This document shows positions 18,398 to 26,969 of a stretch of DNA of 32,000 nucleotides, in pieces; the first letter of the stretch is position 1; every line of letters begins with the position of its first letter. The translations under genes were made by a program, and so were the position numbers. Origin of the DNA: Phycisphaera mikurensis NBRC 102666 (GTDB taxonomy: Bacteria; Planctomycetota; Phycisphaerae; Phycisphaerales; Phycisphaeraceae); NCBI RefSeq assembly GCF_000284115.1, contig NC_017080.1, positions 1,320,001 through 1,352,000 of the forward strand, given 5' to 3'. The notes beneath the pieces are model-generated. The model saw only the letters and a list, made by a program, of their open reading frames with translations, searched no databases and was not told where the DNA came from.

Positions 18398-21300
18398 TCA
18401 CTTCCGCCGGATCGCCAGGCTCACGATCTGGTACGCCGTGAACCCGATCGGGACCCGCGGACCGTCGACGCCCCCGGCATCGCCGAGCCGCCGTCCGCGG
18501 AGGTCGACCCGCTCGGCGGCGAAGCCATCGGCGAGCATCAGCGTGGCGGTGCCGCGGCGGCCGAGCGTCTCGTGCAGCCGGAGGGTGAAGCCGCGGGCCC
18601 CGGCCGCTCCGTCGCCGTCGCCGTCCGCCGCGGGCTTCGCCCAGGCGGGAACCAGCGATTCGCCGCCCTCGACGCCCAGCAAGCCCGCGTGCGCGGCGGA
18701 ACCCACCGCCTCCACCGCGGGCGTGAAGAGCCGGTCCGCCAGGGCGGCCGGCTGCTCCGCCCGCGGGGCGGAATCCGCGTGCGGGCCGAAGGCGAGGCGG
18801 ATCGTGTGCTCGCCGAGGTCGGTGACGGAGGGACCGGTGCCGGCGGAGTCGTTGCCGCCGCCGGAGTGGGCGGTGGACAGGGCGCTGCGGATGAGGCTGC
18901 AGTGCAGCAGGCCGTCGCGGGCGCCGAAGCCGTACTTGGCCTCGGTGACGAGCTGGAAGCCCTCGCTCTCGGTGTCGTCCGACACCGCCGCCCAGCGGGA
19001 GCCGGGAACCTCGAAGGCGGCGTCGTGCGCGAGCGGGCCGGGGCTCTGCGGCCGGAGGACGGCGCCGTAGGGCGCCCCGTAGCGGGCCCGGCCGCCGGTG
19101 AAGCCGGTCTCGGCCGACCACTTGAGCAGCGTCCGCTCGTCGCGCCAGTCCAGCCGGATCTCCAGCCGCACGACGCTCTCGCCGGGGAGCAGGCGGTACC
19201 GCAGCTCGGCGCGGCTCTTCCGCCCGAGCGCCCGGCGGAACACGAGGGTCGGCGCGTGCGTGCCCTCGCCCTCGACGCTCCGCTCGGCGGGCGTGTCGAC
19301 GACGCGGCCGTTGGAGAGCGTGGGCAGGTCGATGTCCCAGGCCTCGTACTTCGCCGGCCGGTCGGGGAAGGTGAACAGCCGGCCGGCGGGCGACCGCAGC
19401 GGCAGGGCGGTGCCCCGGGAGGCGAGGGACTCCGCCTCGCCGGAGGCGTTGAACACGACGCGGACGCGGCCGTTGTCCAGCGTCGCCGCTTCGGCCGAGA
19501 GCGAGAGCGAGGTGGCCGGGAGGTCGGCCTCACGCAGGCTCGCCGCCGCGACCGCGGCCAGCGGCGGCAGCTCCACCATGCGCCCGCCGACCTCCTCGGT
19601 CCGCGGCACCGGCAGCGGGTTGAAGACGATCGGCCGGTCGCCGCTGGCCTCCAGCGAGGCCTCCGCCGCCGCCTCCATCTCCTCCGCGAGCGAGGCCAGC
19701 TCCGGGAGCGCCTCGTCGTACACGTCCGGCACCGAGCTGCCGGGGATGTAGTCGTGGAACTGCGCGAAGACGCACCGCTTCCAGGCGTGCGTCAGCCGCC
19801 CGGCCGCCTCGCTGCCCGGCGCCGGTGCCCCGCCGGGCAGGCACGCCGCGGCCTCGCGCAGCTGCAGCGCCCGCTCCAGCGCCCGGAAGCGGGCTTTCAG
19901 CTCCGACCGCGTCGTCTGCACGCCGCGGTGGTACTCCAGGTACATCTCGCCGGCGTAGGTCGGCAGCCGGTCGCGTTTCTCGTCGAGCCGGTCGAAGAAG
20001 CCCTCGACGGTGCCCCAGCCGGTCCTGGGCATCCCCGCGAGGTCGTTCATCCGGCGGACCCGCTCGGCCATCGCGTCGTTGGGCCCGCCGCCGCCGTCGC
20101 CGTAGCCCACGGCGAGGAGGGTCTCGTCGTGAACGCCCGACTGCCGGTCCTGCAACGCCGGGTGCAGCACCTCGTCCACCGTCGCCGCCGCGTTGTAGAA
20201 GTTCCAGGAGAGGTGCGTAAGCACCTCCGAGCCGTCCATGCCGCGCCACTTGAAGCTGCTGTACGGGATCCGTGTCGCGCCCGACCAGTGCATCTTCGTG
20301 GTGTAGAAGTAGGGCACGCCGAAGCCGGCCATGATCGTCGGCAGCGCGGCGGAGTAGCCGAAGACGTCGGGCAGCCAGACGATCGGGCTGTCGCGGCCGT
20401 CGGGGCGGAGCTTCCGGAAGCCCGCCTGCCCCAGCTCGAAGGCGCGGACCAGCGCCTCGCCGCAGGGCAGCTGCGTGTCGCTCTCGACGTACATCGCGCC
20501 GAGGGGCTCGAAGCCCGGCCGCCCCTCCGGCCCGGGCTTGGCCGCTTCGATCAGCCGCCGGTGGAGCCCCGGGTCGCGCCGCTGGACGGCCTCGAGCATC
20601 GCCGGCTGGCTCTGGTTGAACACCAGCTCGGGGTAGCGGCTGCCCACGTCCAGCGCGTTCGCCAGCGAGTGCACCGCCTTGAACTCGCCGGTCCGCTCGG
20701 GCCACAGCCAGACCAGGTCGATGTGCATGTGCCCGGTGAGCAACACCGTCGAGGCCGTGGCCGCCGCCGGCAGCGACGCGAGCAGCGCGCCGGTCACCTC
20801 CCGCAGCGCCGCCGGCCCGCCGTGGTCGTACGCGTCGACCGCGGCGTCGAGGCCGACGAGGATTCTGCGCCCCAGCGGGTCGAGGTTCTCGATCGGGGCC
20901 CGCCAGCCGAAGCCGTTGGGCAGGTCGCTGCGGCCGGGGTTGTCGCGGCGGTGCAGCGCGATGGCCAAGCCCAGCAGCACCTCCACGTCGAAGCTGGCCG
21001 CCCAGGCCTCCTCGTCGCGGCTGCACAGGAAGGCGCCCTTGAACTCAGAGCCCCGCGCGTCCACGCCCTCGCCCGCGCCCGGCACCCAGATCCCCGTCCG
21101 CGCGCAGGTCGACTCGATCAGCAGCGTCCCGCCGCTCGCGATCAGGTCGTCGGGCAGCCGCAGCCGGGTGTGCCCCGGATCGATGCCCGCGACCGCCGTG
21201 CCTCGCCAGTACGCCGTCGCCTCGCCGCGGTCGCGCCAATCAAGCCACCGCGGGCCCTCGCCGGCCGGGATCTGGACCTTCCACCAGCCCTGATCGAAGC

Positions 21301-21505
21301 GCTTCCCCCAAAACAGCGGCGTCCGGGTCACCGGCTCGTAGGCGAGGGCGTGGGCGTCCGCGATCGTCGTCTCCGCCGTCGTGGCCTCCGCGCGGCTCAC
21401 CGCCAGCGGCCCCCCGCAGACCGCCCAGGTCTCGGCGAGGAGCGCCCGGTGCGTGGCTTCGATGCGCGACGGGATGAACTGGAGGTGACCGGTCTTGGGC
21501 AGCAT
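18398..21505 (-). CDS. Glycoside hydrolase family 38 alpha-mannosidase
   Basis: HMHIDLVWLWPERTGE, YPELVFNQSQPAMLE, GAMYVESDTQLPCGEALVRAFELGQ, WLPDVFGYSAALPTIMAGFGVPYFYTTKMHW. Start could also be upstream at 21613. Confidence 0.9.
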   Translation of the reverse strand: MLPKTGHLQFIPSRIEATHRALLAETWAVCGGPLAVSRAEATTAETTIADAHALAYEPVTRTPLFWGKRFDQGWWKVQIPAGEGPRWLDWRDRGEATAYWRGTAVAGIDPGHTRLRLPDDLIASGGTLLIESTCARTGIWVPGAGEGVDARGSEFKGAFLCSRDEEAWAASFDVEVLLGLAIALHRRDNPGRSDLPNGFGWRAPIENLDPLGRRILVGLDAAVDAYDHGGPAALREVTGALLASLPAAATASTVLLTGHMHIDLVWLWPERTGEFKAVHSLANALDVGSRYPELVFNQSQPAMLEAVQRRDPGLHRRLIEAAKPGPEGRPGFEPLGAMYVESDTQLPCGEALVRAFELGQAGFRKLRPDGRDSPIVWLPDVFGYSAALPTIMAGFGVPYFYTTKMHWSGATRIPYSSFKWRGMDGSEVLTHLSWNFYNAAATVDEVLHPALQDRQSGVHDETLLAVGYGDGGGGPNDAMAERVRRMNDLAGMPRTGWGTVEGFFDRLDEKRDRLPTYAGEMYLEYHRGVQTTRSELKARFRALERALQLREAAACLPGGAPAPGSEAAGRLTHAWKRCVFAQFHDYIPGSSVPDVYDEALPELASLAEEMEAAAEASLEASGDRPIVFNPLPVPRTEEVGGRMVELPPLAAVAAASLREADLPATSLSLSAEAATLDNGRVRVVFNASGEAESLASRGTALPLRSPAGRLFTFPDRPAKYEAWDIDLPTLSNGRVVDTPAERSVEGEGTHAPTLVFRRALGRKSRAELRYRLLPGESVVRLEIRLDWRDERTLLKWSAETGFTGGRARYGAPYGAVLRPQSPGPLAHDAAFEVPGSRWAAVSDDTESEGFQLVTEAKYGFGARDGLLHCSLIRSALSTAHSGGGNDSAGTGPSVTDLGEHTIRLAFGPHADSAPRAEQPAALADRLFTPAVEAVGSAAHAGLLGVEGGESLVPAWAKPAADGDGDGAAGARGFTLRLHETLGRRGTATLMLADGFAAERVDLRGRRLGDAGGVDGPRVPIGFTAYQIVSLAIRRK

Positions 21506-21650
21506 GGCCGGGACGATAAAGCGACCGTGCCCGGCCACGCGGGTGCCGGCCGTGGCGACCCGCCGGACCCGCGAAGCGAGCTCCGCCCGCTCGAAGTCTC
21601 CAACAAGGAACAAGACGAGCCGCAGCGAGGCGGAAGCGCCTAGTGCCGCG

Positions 21651-22364
21651 TCACGCAGCGATCCGCGGGTAGAGGCTCAGCAGCTTGATCCGGGCGTCAT
21701 CGGCGGTGAACTGCCAGTGCACGCCTCGCTGGCTCTGGTTGCGAGCGGCCGCCCAGGCTCGGGCCTCGCGATCGATCTCCTGGATGGTGTCGATCCGTCG
21801 GCCGAGGCATTGCCTTGAGAGCACACTCAGTTCGCACTCGGCGATGTTCAGCCACGAACCGTGGGCCGGCGTGTGCACCAGCTCGATCCGCTCAGCGATC
21901 CGCCGCGCCTCTGCTGCCTCGAATGCTTCGTACAACGACGCGATCCTGTGGGTGTTCAGGTTGTCGCACACCAGGCGGATCCGTGTCGCTGACTCATAAC
22001 GCGGGGCGTCCACCAACGCCTGGATCTGGTGGGCCCAGTCCGCCGCGGTGCGTCGCCGACTGGTCCGAACGTCCCGCCACCCAGCCAACGGCTCGGTGAA
22101 CATCCACAGGTTGCAGGTGCCGTGCCGCACGTACTCGTGGTCCTCGATCCGACGGCCGGTGGAGTCGGTGAAGCGGCGGCGGGTCTCGCCGATGAGCTGC
22201 TTGGGCTGCTCGTCCATGCACACCACCGGCAACGCCGGGTCGTAGGCGAGCGCGTACAGGCACAGCACCGCCTCCATGGCCGCGACGAAGGCCGCGGACT
22301 GCTCCGGCGGGATGCACCACATCTTCTTCTTCCACGGCTTCAGACCGTTTTTTGAAGAGCGCAC
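21651..22364 (-). CDS. IS630-type transposase, DDE catalytic part (orfB), -1 relative to orfA
   Basis: PVVCMDEQPKQLIGETRR, IRLVCDNLNTHRIASLYEAF, IELVHTPAHGSWLNIAECELSVLSRQCLGRRI: IS630 DDE motifs. Confidence 0.9.
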   Translation of the reverse strand: MRSSKNGLKPWKKKMWCIPPEQSAAFVAAMEAVLCLYALAYDPALPVVCMDEQPKQLIGETRRRFTDSTGRRIEDHEYVRHGTCNLWMFTEPLAGWRDVRTSRRRTAADWAHQIQALVDAPRYESATRIRLVCDNLNTHRIASLYEAFEAAEARRIAERIELVHTPAHGSWLNIAECELSVLSRQCLGRRIDTIQEIDREARAWAAARNQSQRGVHWQFTADDARIKLLSLYPRIAA

Positions 22365-22822
22365 CGCACCGCTTCGCGGCTGATCGAGTCCACCACCTTC
22401 AGCTCCACCAGCCGGCCGGCCAGGAGGCGGAGGCTCCAGCGATCATGGCCCTCGGGCGGGTCCGAGCAGGCGATCGTCACCAGCTGGGCTTCGCCTACGC
22501 CGTCGAGCTTGCGTTGCATCGCGCGGTCTTGAGGCTTGCGTTCGAGCAACGAGAGCGGACCGTCCTCGACAGCCTTCTTCCGCCAGCCCTCCACAGTGCG
22601 GACACCCGCGTCGAAAGCCTCGGCGATCTGCTCGTCGGTCCAGGCCGGAGCGCCGGGCGATTCGTCGCACTTGAGCAGGGCTTGCGCCCGCTGGATCTTC
22701 CAGCCGGCGACGCGGCCGCTGCGGACCAGCGTGGTCAGCTGCTCCCGCTCATCGTCGGTGAGGTGGACGTGGTAGAGCTTTCGATTCTTGAGCTTCGTGG
22801 CCATCCTTGGCCTCCTTTGCAT
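22340..22822 (-). CDS. IS630-type transposase, N-terminal helix-turn-helix part (orfA)
   Basis: LTDDEREQLTTLVRSGRVAGWKIQRAQALLKCDE...WTDEQIAEAFDAGVRTVEGWRKKAVEDG. Confidence 0.88.
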   Translation of the reverse strand: MQRRPRMATKLKNRKLYHVHLTDDEREQLTTLVRSGRVAGWKIQRAQALLKCDESPGAPAWTDEQIAEAFDAGVRTVEGWRKKAVEDGPLSLLERKPQDRAMQRKLDGVGEAQLVTIACSDPPEGHDRWSLRLLAGRLVELKVVDSISREAVRCALQKTV

Positions 22823-22887
22823 TCGGTGGTGAACACGTGCACGGTGACGCTACACGCCTCACCCGCAGATCGGCGGCAGCCGCGGCA

Positions 22888-24297
22888 CTAGACGTGCGCG
22901 AGCTTGTTGAGCCCGTTGTAGGCGGCGACCTTGTACGCCTCGGCGAGGGTCGGGAAGTTGAACACGTTGTTGATGAAGAACTCCGCCGTGCCGTCCAGGC
23001 CCATGACGCACTGGCCGATGTGCACCAGCTCGGTCGCCCCGGTCCCCATGCAGTGCACGCCGAGGATCTTGTGGCTGTCCTGGTGGATCAGCATCTTGAG
23101 CATGCCCGTGCGGTCGCCGAGGATCTGGCCCCGGGCGATCTCCTCGTAGCGCGCGACGCCGGCCTCGTAGGGCACGCCCTCCTGGGTCAGCTGCTCCTCG
23201 GTCTTGCCGACCATCGAGATCTCCGGCACCGCGTAGATGCCGTAGGGAAACAGGTCGGTGTTGTAGTTCCCGACGTCCTGGCCGAAGGCGTGGGCGATCG
23301 CCCGGCGGCCCTGCTCCATGGAGGTGCTGGCCAGCGCCGGGAAGCCGATCACGTCGCCGGCGGCGTACACGTGGTCGACGTTGGTCTGGTAGTGCTCGTC
23401 GACCTTCAGCCGCTCGCGGTCGTCGAAGGTGATGCCCACGTTGTCCAGCCCCATCGCCCCGCACACGCCCTGGCGGCCGACGGCGTAGAGCAGCGTCTCG
23501 GCCTTGAGCTTCTTGCCGCTCTCCAGCGTCGCCTGGACGAGCGTGGACACCGTGCCGTTGCGGTGCTCCACCTTCTCGATGCGCTCGACCTTCTCGCCCA
23601 TCCGCAGCGTCACGCCCTGCTGCCGCATGAAGTACATGAAGGCGCCGGAGATCTCGCTGTCGAGAAAGCCCAGCAGCTGGTGTCGGCCCTCCACGAGCGT
23701 GACCTTCACCCCCAGCGTCGCCATGATCGACGCGTACTCGGTCCCGATCACGCCGCCGCCGACGACGATCATCGACTTGGGGAGGCGCTCGAGCTTCAGC
23801 AGGCCGTCGCTGGTGAAGATCGCGTCGTTGTCGAATGGGATGTCGGCGGGCTTGGCCGGCCGCGTGCCGCAGGAGACCAGGAAGCGGTCGGCGGTGACCA
23901 GCTGCGAGTCGCCGTCGCCCTGGATCATCAGCAGGTTGGGCCCCTCGAAGTGGGCCGTGCCCCAGATCAGATCGACGCCGTTCCGCTCGAACTGGCCGCG
24001 GATGACCTCCCACTCGTGGCGGATGACGTTCGAGGAGATCTCGATGAGATCGTGGATCGTGATCTTCTGCTTCGCCCGCGACGCCCCGCTGTAGTTGCCC
24101 CGCTGCGCGGCGCCGGTGAGGTGGAGCGCCGCCTCCCGCAGGCTCTTGCTGGGGATCGTCCCCGTGTTGATCTGGGCCCCGCCGAGCACGTTCTGCTTCT
24201 CGACGATGGCAACCGACTTGCCGAGCTTGGCCGCCTGGATGGCGCCCTTCTGCCCGGCGGGGCCGGTTCCGATGATGACGACGTCGTAGTGCTTCAT
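22888..24297 (-). CDS. sthA: Si-specific NAD(P)(+) transhydrogenase (soluble pyridine nucleotide transhydrogenase)
   Basis: VVIIGTGPAGQKGAIQAAKLGKSVAIVEKQNVLGGAQINTGTIPSKSLREA; MIVVGGGVIGTEYASIMATLGVKVTLVE; DHVYAAGDVIGFPALASTSMEQGR; GTGATELVHIGQ. Confidence 0.93.
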   Translation of the reverse strand: MKHYDVVIIGTGPAGQKGAIQAAKLGKSVAIVEKQNVLGGAQINTGTIPSKSLREAALHLTGAAQRGNYSGASRAKQKITIHDLIEISSNVIRHEWEVIRGQFERNGVDLIWGTAHFEGPNLLMIQGDGDSQLVTADRFLVSCGTRPAKPADIPFDNDAIFTSDGLLKLERLPKSMIVVGGGVIGTEYASIMATLGVKVTLVEGRHQLLGFLDSEISGAFMYFMRQQGVTLRMGEKVERIEKVEHRNGTVSTLVQATLESGKKLKAETLLYAVGRQGVCGAMGLDNVGITFDDRERLKVDEHYQTNVDHVYAAGDVIGFPALASTSMEQGRRAIAHAFGQDVGNYNTDLFPYGIYAVPEISMVGKTEEQLTQEGVPYEAGVARYEEIARGQILGDRTGMLKMLIHQDSHKILGVHCMGTGATELVHIGQCVMGLDGTAEFFINNVFNFPTLAEAYKVAAYNGLNKLAHV

Positions 24298-24520
24298 GGA
24301 GCTCCGCCTTCGGCGGGGTGAGGTTCGCGTGGTGGTTCGTCTCCGCCGGGGGGAACCCCCGGCTGCGCTCGCGGCGAGAACGCTCTGTCGAGGCGTGGCC
24401 CCGAGACATCAGGTGCGGCGAAACAGACGGCCGTGCACGGAGGCATCGGCGATTCGGCGTTCGCTGCGTGACGCGGCGGGCTCCGCCCGCACGCGTCCGC
24501 CGAGGTTATGCGTCGTTCCG

Positions 24521-24804
24521 CCGCGGACCGTGTGCCAAGGAACCCGCCACCCCTCCCGGTCCGCGGAGCGGACGCGAGAGCCGGGTCGCCCGCGATCCAG
24601 GCGCCGGGCCCGCAGAGCCGCCCGTGGCTCACCGCCCTCGGCGGTGTGGCCCGTCGGGCGCAGCCCGAGCGTCGGCCCGGGAGAGGGCGTCCCGACGCGT
24701 GGTTCGTGCAGCCCTCCCGGCTGTGACGAGGGAGCGCCCCGCCGCCCGGGTGCGCCGGCCGGAACCCTCGCACCCACCCGCGCAGCGTCGCGTCGCAACG
24801 CAGC
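24521..24804. repeat. Imperfect direct repeat, copy A
   Basis: Starts CCGCGGACCGTGTG, contains GAGCGTCGGCCCGGGAGAGGGCGTCCCGACGCG..TTCGTGCAGCCCTCCCG, ends GTCGCGTCGCAACGCAGC; shared with copies B and C. Confidence 0.7.
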
Positions 24805-25011
24805 GAATACGCGTCCTCGAAAAGATTGACGCACTCAATGTCCCGGTCCTGGGTGCCACGCCCCTTGGGGGGTGGCGGGTGCCATCGGCCTGATCTGCGC
24901 TCGACCACCCCGCAAGCGGCGTGGCACCCGGCTCAGGAAGCGTCAGTCTTTTCGACGAAGCGTATGAGTCGTCGGTCCCAGCACGCGTCATCGGCGCCCG
25001 TCTCGGGAGAT

Positions 25012-25290
25012 CCGCGGACCGCGCGGCAAAACGCCGCCAACCCCTCCCCGTCCGCGGAGCCGGCGCTTCAGCCGGGTCGCCACGCGACCCGGGCAGGGCC
25101 GGGCTGCCACGCAGCACGGAACGGCCGCGCAGCGGACGGTGAGTCGGTCGCACGGCTTCCGGGATCCGAAGAGCGTCCCGAAGCATGGCTTGTGCAGCCC
25201 TCCCGCCCGTCGCGAGGCAGCGCCCCGTCGCCCGGGTGCGCCGTCCGGAACCCTCGCGCCCACCCGGGCAGCGTTGCGTTGCAACGCAGC
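25012..25290. repeat. Imperfect direct repeat, copy B
   Basis: Starts CCGCGGACCGCGCGG, contains AGAGCGTCCCGAAGCATGGCTTGTGCAGCCCTCCCGCCCGTC, ends GCGTTGCGTTGCAACGCAGC. Confidence 0.7.
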
Positions 25291-25340
25291 TAATCCGTTG
25301 TCGGTTTCAACGAGCGTCATTGGGGTCCGTGTCCGAAGAT

Positions 25341-25657
25341 CCGCGGACCGTGCGCGAAACCGCCGCCAACCGCGGACGGTCCGCCGAGCGGACGCGAAAG
25401 CCGGATCGCGTGCGATCCGGGCCTCGGCGCAGCCGACCGCCGGCGCAGCCGGCGCCACGGGCTCGCAGAGCCGCCCGTGGCTCAACGCCTTCGGCGATGT
25501 AGCCCGTCGGGCGCAGCCCGAGCGTCGGCCGGGAAGAGAGCGTCCCGAAGCGGGATTTGTGCAGCCCTCCCGCCCGTTAAGAGCGAGCGCCCCGGCGCCC
25601 GGGTTAGCCGTCCGGAACCCTCGCGCCCACCCGGCCCGCGTTGCGTCGCAACGCGGC
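25341..25657. repeat. Imperfect direct repeat, copy C, adjoining the intI-like remnant
   Basis: Starts CCGCGGACCGTGCGCG, contains GAGAGCGTCCCGAAGCGGGATTTGTGCAGCCCTCCCGCCCGTTA, ends GCGTTGCGTCGCAACGCGGC. Confidence 0.7.
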
Positions 25658-25694
25658 TGTTTCGACTCGCGTTCCAATCGGCGTGGCCGTTGCC

Positions 25695-25769
25695 CACCGA
25701 CGCCCGCTCCGTGCGGAAGCTGTAGTGCCCCCGCCGCAGCACCTCGTGAACCTCCGTCATCGACCCCAT
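25695..25769 (-). pseudogene. Putative integron-integrase (IntI) N-terminal remnant, truncated after ~25 codons
   Basis: MGSMTEVHEVLRRGHYSFRTERASV resembles the tyrosine-recombinase/IntI N-terminus (V.e.lR..HYS.RTE.aYv.W). Divergent from the cassette array and ~170 bp from the candidate attI core. Homology is lost after RTERA-V. Confidence 0.55.
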
Positions 25770-25863
25770 GGGCTGAAGCTAGCTTCTGCCTTGCGTGCTG
25801 CCAATACGGCACGATATGCAGAATGTGTCGGGTCGCAACCCGCTCCAAGAGCCCCGCAGCCGC

Positions 25864-25869
25864 TTGACA
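25864..25869 (+). promoter_or_regulatory. Candidate -35 box of a cassette promoter (Pc-like)
   Basis: Perfect TTGACA oriented toward the array between the intI remnant and the attI core; the matching -10 (around TCAAACT, 25886-25892) is weak. Confidence 0.25.
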
Positions 25870-25929
25870 CCCGCCGCGACCCGGATCAAACTCACCCACG
25901 ACCGATCGACGTTCTGCCGACAGCATTCT

Positions 25930-25947
25930 GTCGAATCACTGTTAGGC
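25930..25947 (+). other. Candidate attI crossover point (core GTTAGGC at 25941-25947)
   Basis: GTCGAATCACTGTTAGGC: attC-like R' core at the left edge of the array with no partnering GCCTAAC upstream. Confidence 0.5.
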
Positions 25948-26174
25948 GGCGGTGAACGCGGTCCGCTCTTCCCCGTGTGTCCGCCGTCGCGCCCGTCCGC
26001 GGACCGTCGGGTGTTTCAGCCGTTCGTCCCCACGGTCCGCGGCGCGGTCGTGCGCTGCGGGCCGGCCGCACCTCGTCGGCCGAGCGTCGTCGCCGCTGGT
26101 TTCGCTGCGGCCGGCGTCGCGGCCCCGGCTCGTCGGCCATTCGGTCGGCGGCCCTCGCCGCTCTGCGCGTCGCC

Positions 26175-26283
26175 GCCTAACCAGGCGTTGCAGCGGACCG
26201 GCAGGGTGTGGGGGTTTACAGTCCGCTCCGGGAACCAAGCCCGCCGTCAGTTCGGCCGGCCGCTGAACGCTTCTTCGTTAGGC
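26175..26283 (+). repeat. attC site 1 (109 bp)
   Basis: GCCTAACCAGGCGTTGCAGCGGACC ... GGCCGGCCGCTGAACGCTTCTTCGTTAGGC. Confidence 0.92.
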
Positions 26284-26510
26284 GGCGGTAAAAGCGGTCC
26301 GTTCGTCCCCGTGTGTCCGCCGTCGCGCACGTCCGCGGACCGTCGGCGTTTTCGGCCGCTCGTCCCCACGGTCCGCGGCGCGGTCGTCCGCTGCGGGCCG
26401 GCCGTACCTCGTCCGCCGGGCGTCGTCGCCGCTCGTTCCGCTGCGGTCGGCGTCGCGGCCCGGGCTCGCCGGCCATTCGGTCGGCGGCCCTCGCCGCTCT
26501 GCGCGTCGCC

Positions 26511-26619
26511 GCCTAACAAGGCGTTGCAGCGGACCGGCAGTGTTCCCGGGTTTACAGTGCTCCCCCGGTTCCAGCTGCGTCGTCGCTCTGGCCGGCCGCT
26601 GAACACTTCTTCGTTAGGC
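26511..26619 (+). repeat. attC site 2 (109 bp)
   Basis: GCCTAACAAGGCGTTGCAGCGG ... CCGCTGAACACTTCTTCGTTAGGC. Confidence 0.92.
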
Positions 26620-26853
26620 AGCACCCCAAGCGGGCTTGTGCTGCTGCGCACACGTGCCGTCTTGCCAACCCGCGGACCGTCGCGTGTTTCGGCCTTTGGG
26701 CCCCACGGTCCGCGGCGCCTTTACCCGCTGCGGGTCCGCCGTGTTCGGCTCCTTTGGCATCGCCGCAGGTCCAGCGCTGCGGTCGTTGTCGCGGCTCAAG
26801 CGCTGCTCCGCTCCCGGTCAGGGCGCCGCCGTCTTCCACGTCCCCCGCGTGCG
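26620..26853 (+). repeat. Type-B cassette body, copy 1
   Basis: AGCACCCCAAGCGGGCTTGTGCTGCTGCGCACACGTGCCGTCTTGCCAACCCGCGGACCGTCGCG, shared with 31701 onward. Confidence 0.7.
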
Positions 26854-26962
26854 GCCTAACCAGGCGTTGCAGCGGACCGGCAGTGCTCGCGGGTTTACAC
26901 TGCTCTCCCGGTTCCAGCTGCGTCGTCGCTCTGGCCGGCCGCTGAACACTTCTTCGTTAGGC
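26854..26962 (+). repeat. attC site 3 (109 bp)
   Basis: GCCTAACCAGGCGTTGCAGCGG ... CCGCTGAACACTTCTTCGTTAGGC. Confidence 0.92.
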
Positions 26963-26969
26963 CGCATCT

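Larger units (their letters stand above)
21643..22888 (-). mobile_element. Complete IS630-type insertion sequence
   Basis: 28-bp imperfect terminal inverted repeats: GTGCCGCGTCACGCAGCGATCCGCGGGT (21643-21670) versus the complement of 22861-22888 (GTGCCGCGGCTGCCGCCGATCTGCGGGT). Flanked by TA on both sides (21641-21642 and 22889-22890). Contains a two-frame transposase. Confidence 0.9.
25941..26619 (+). repeat. 679-bp two-cassette block, copy 1 (227-bp body, attC1, 227-bp body, attC2)
   Basis: Same layout and length as 27503-28181 and 29088-29766; bodies begin GGCGG(T/C)..A..GC.GTCCG. Confidence 0.85.

Noticed and set aside
24296-24829. 177-aa and other overlapping ORFs in the 24.3-25.9 kb tract (e.g. 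24318-24893, 25139-25867, 24988-25926)
   Set aside because: Arg/Ala/Pro-rich, overlapping on both strands, no recognisable motifs, and built of the direct repeats; read as high-GC artefacts.
25864-25892. Strong cassette promoter (Pc)
   Set aside because: TTGACA is perfect but the -10 is poor at 16-17 bp spacing, and planctomycete promoter consensus is uncertain; kept only as a low-confidence candidate.
25795-26859. 354-aa ORF spanning cassettes and attC sites (and similar long ORFs at 27429-28310 and 29020-29817)
   Set aside because: They run through several attC sites with a recurring NQALQRTG..GFTVL...RR(S/Q)(G/F)RPLN(A/T)SSLG translation, which is just attC read in frame. High GC content suppresses stops; not credible proteins.
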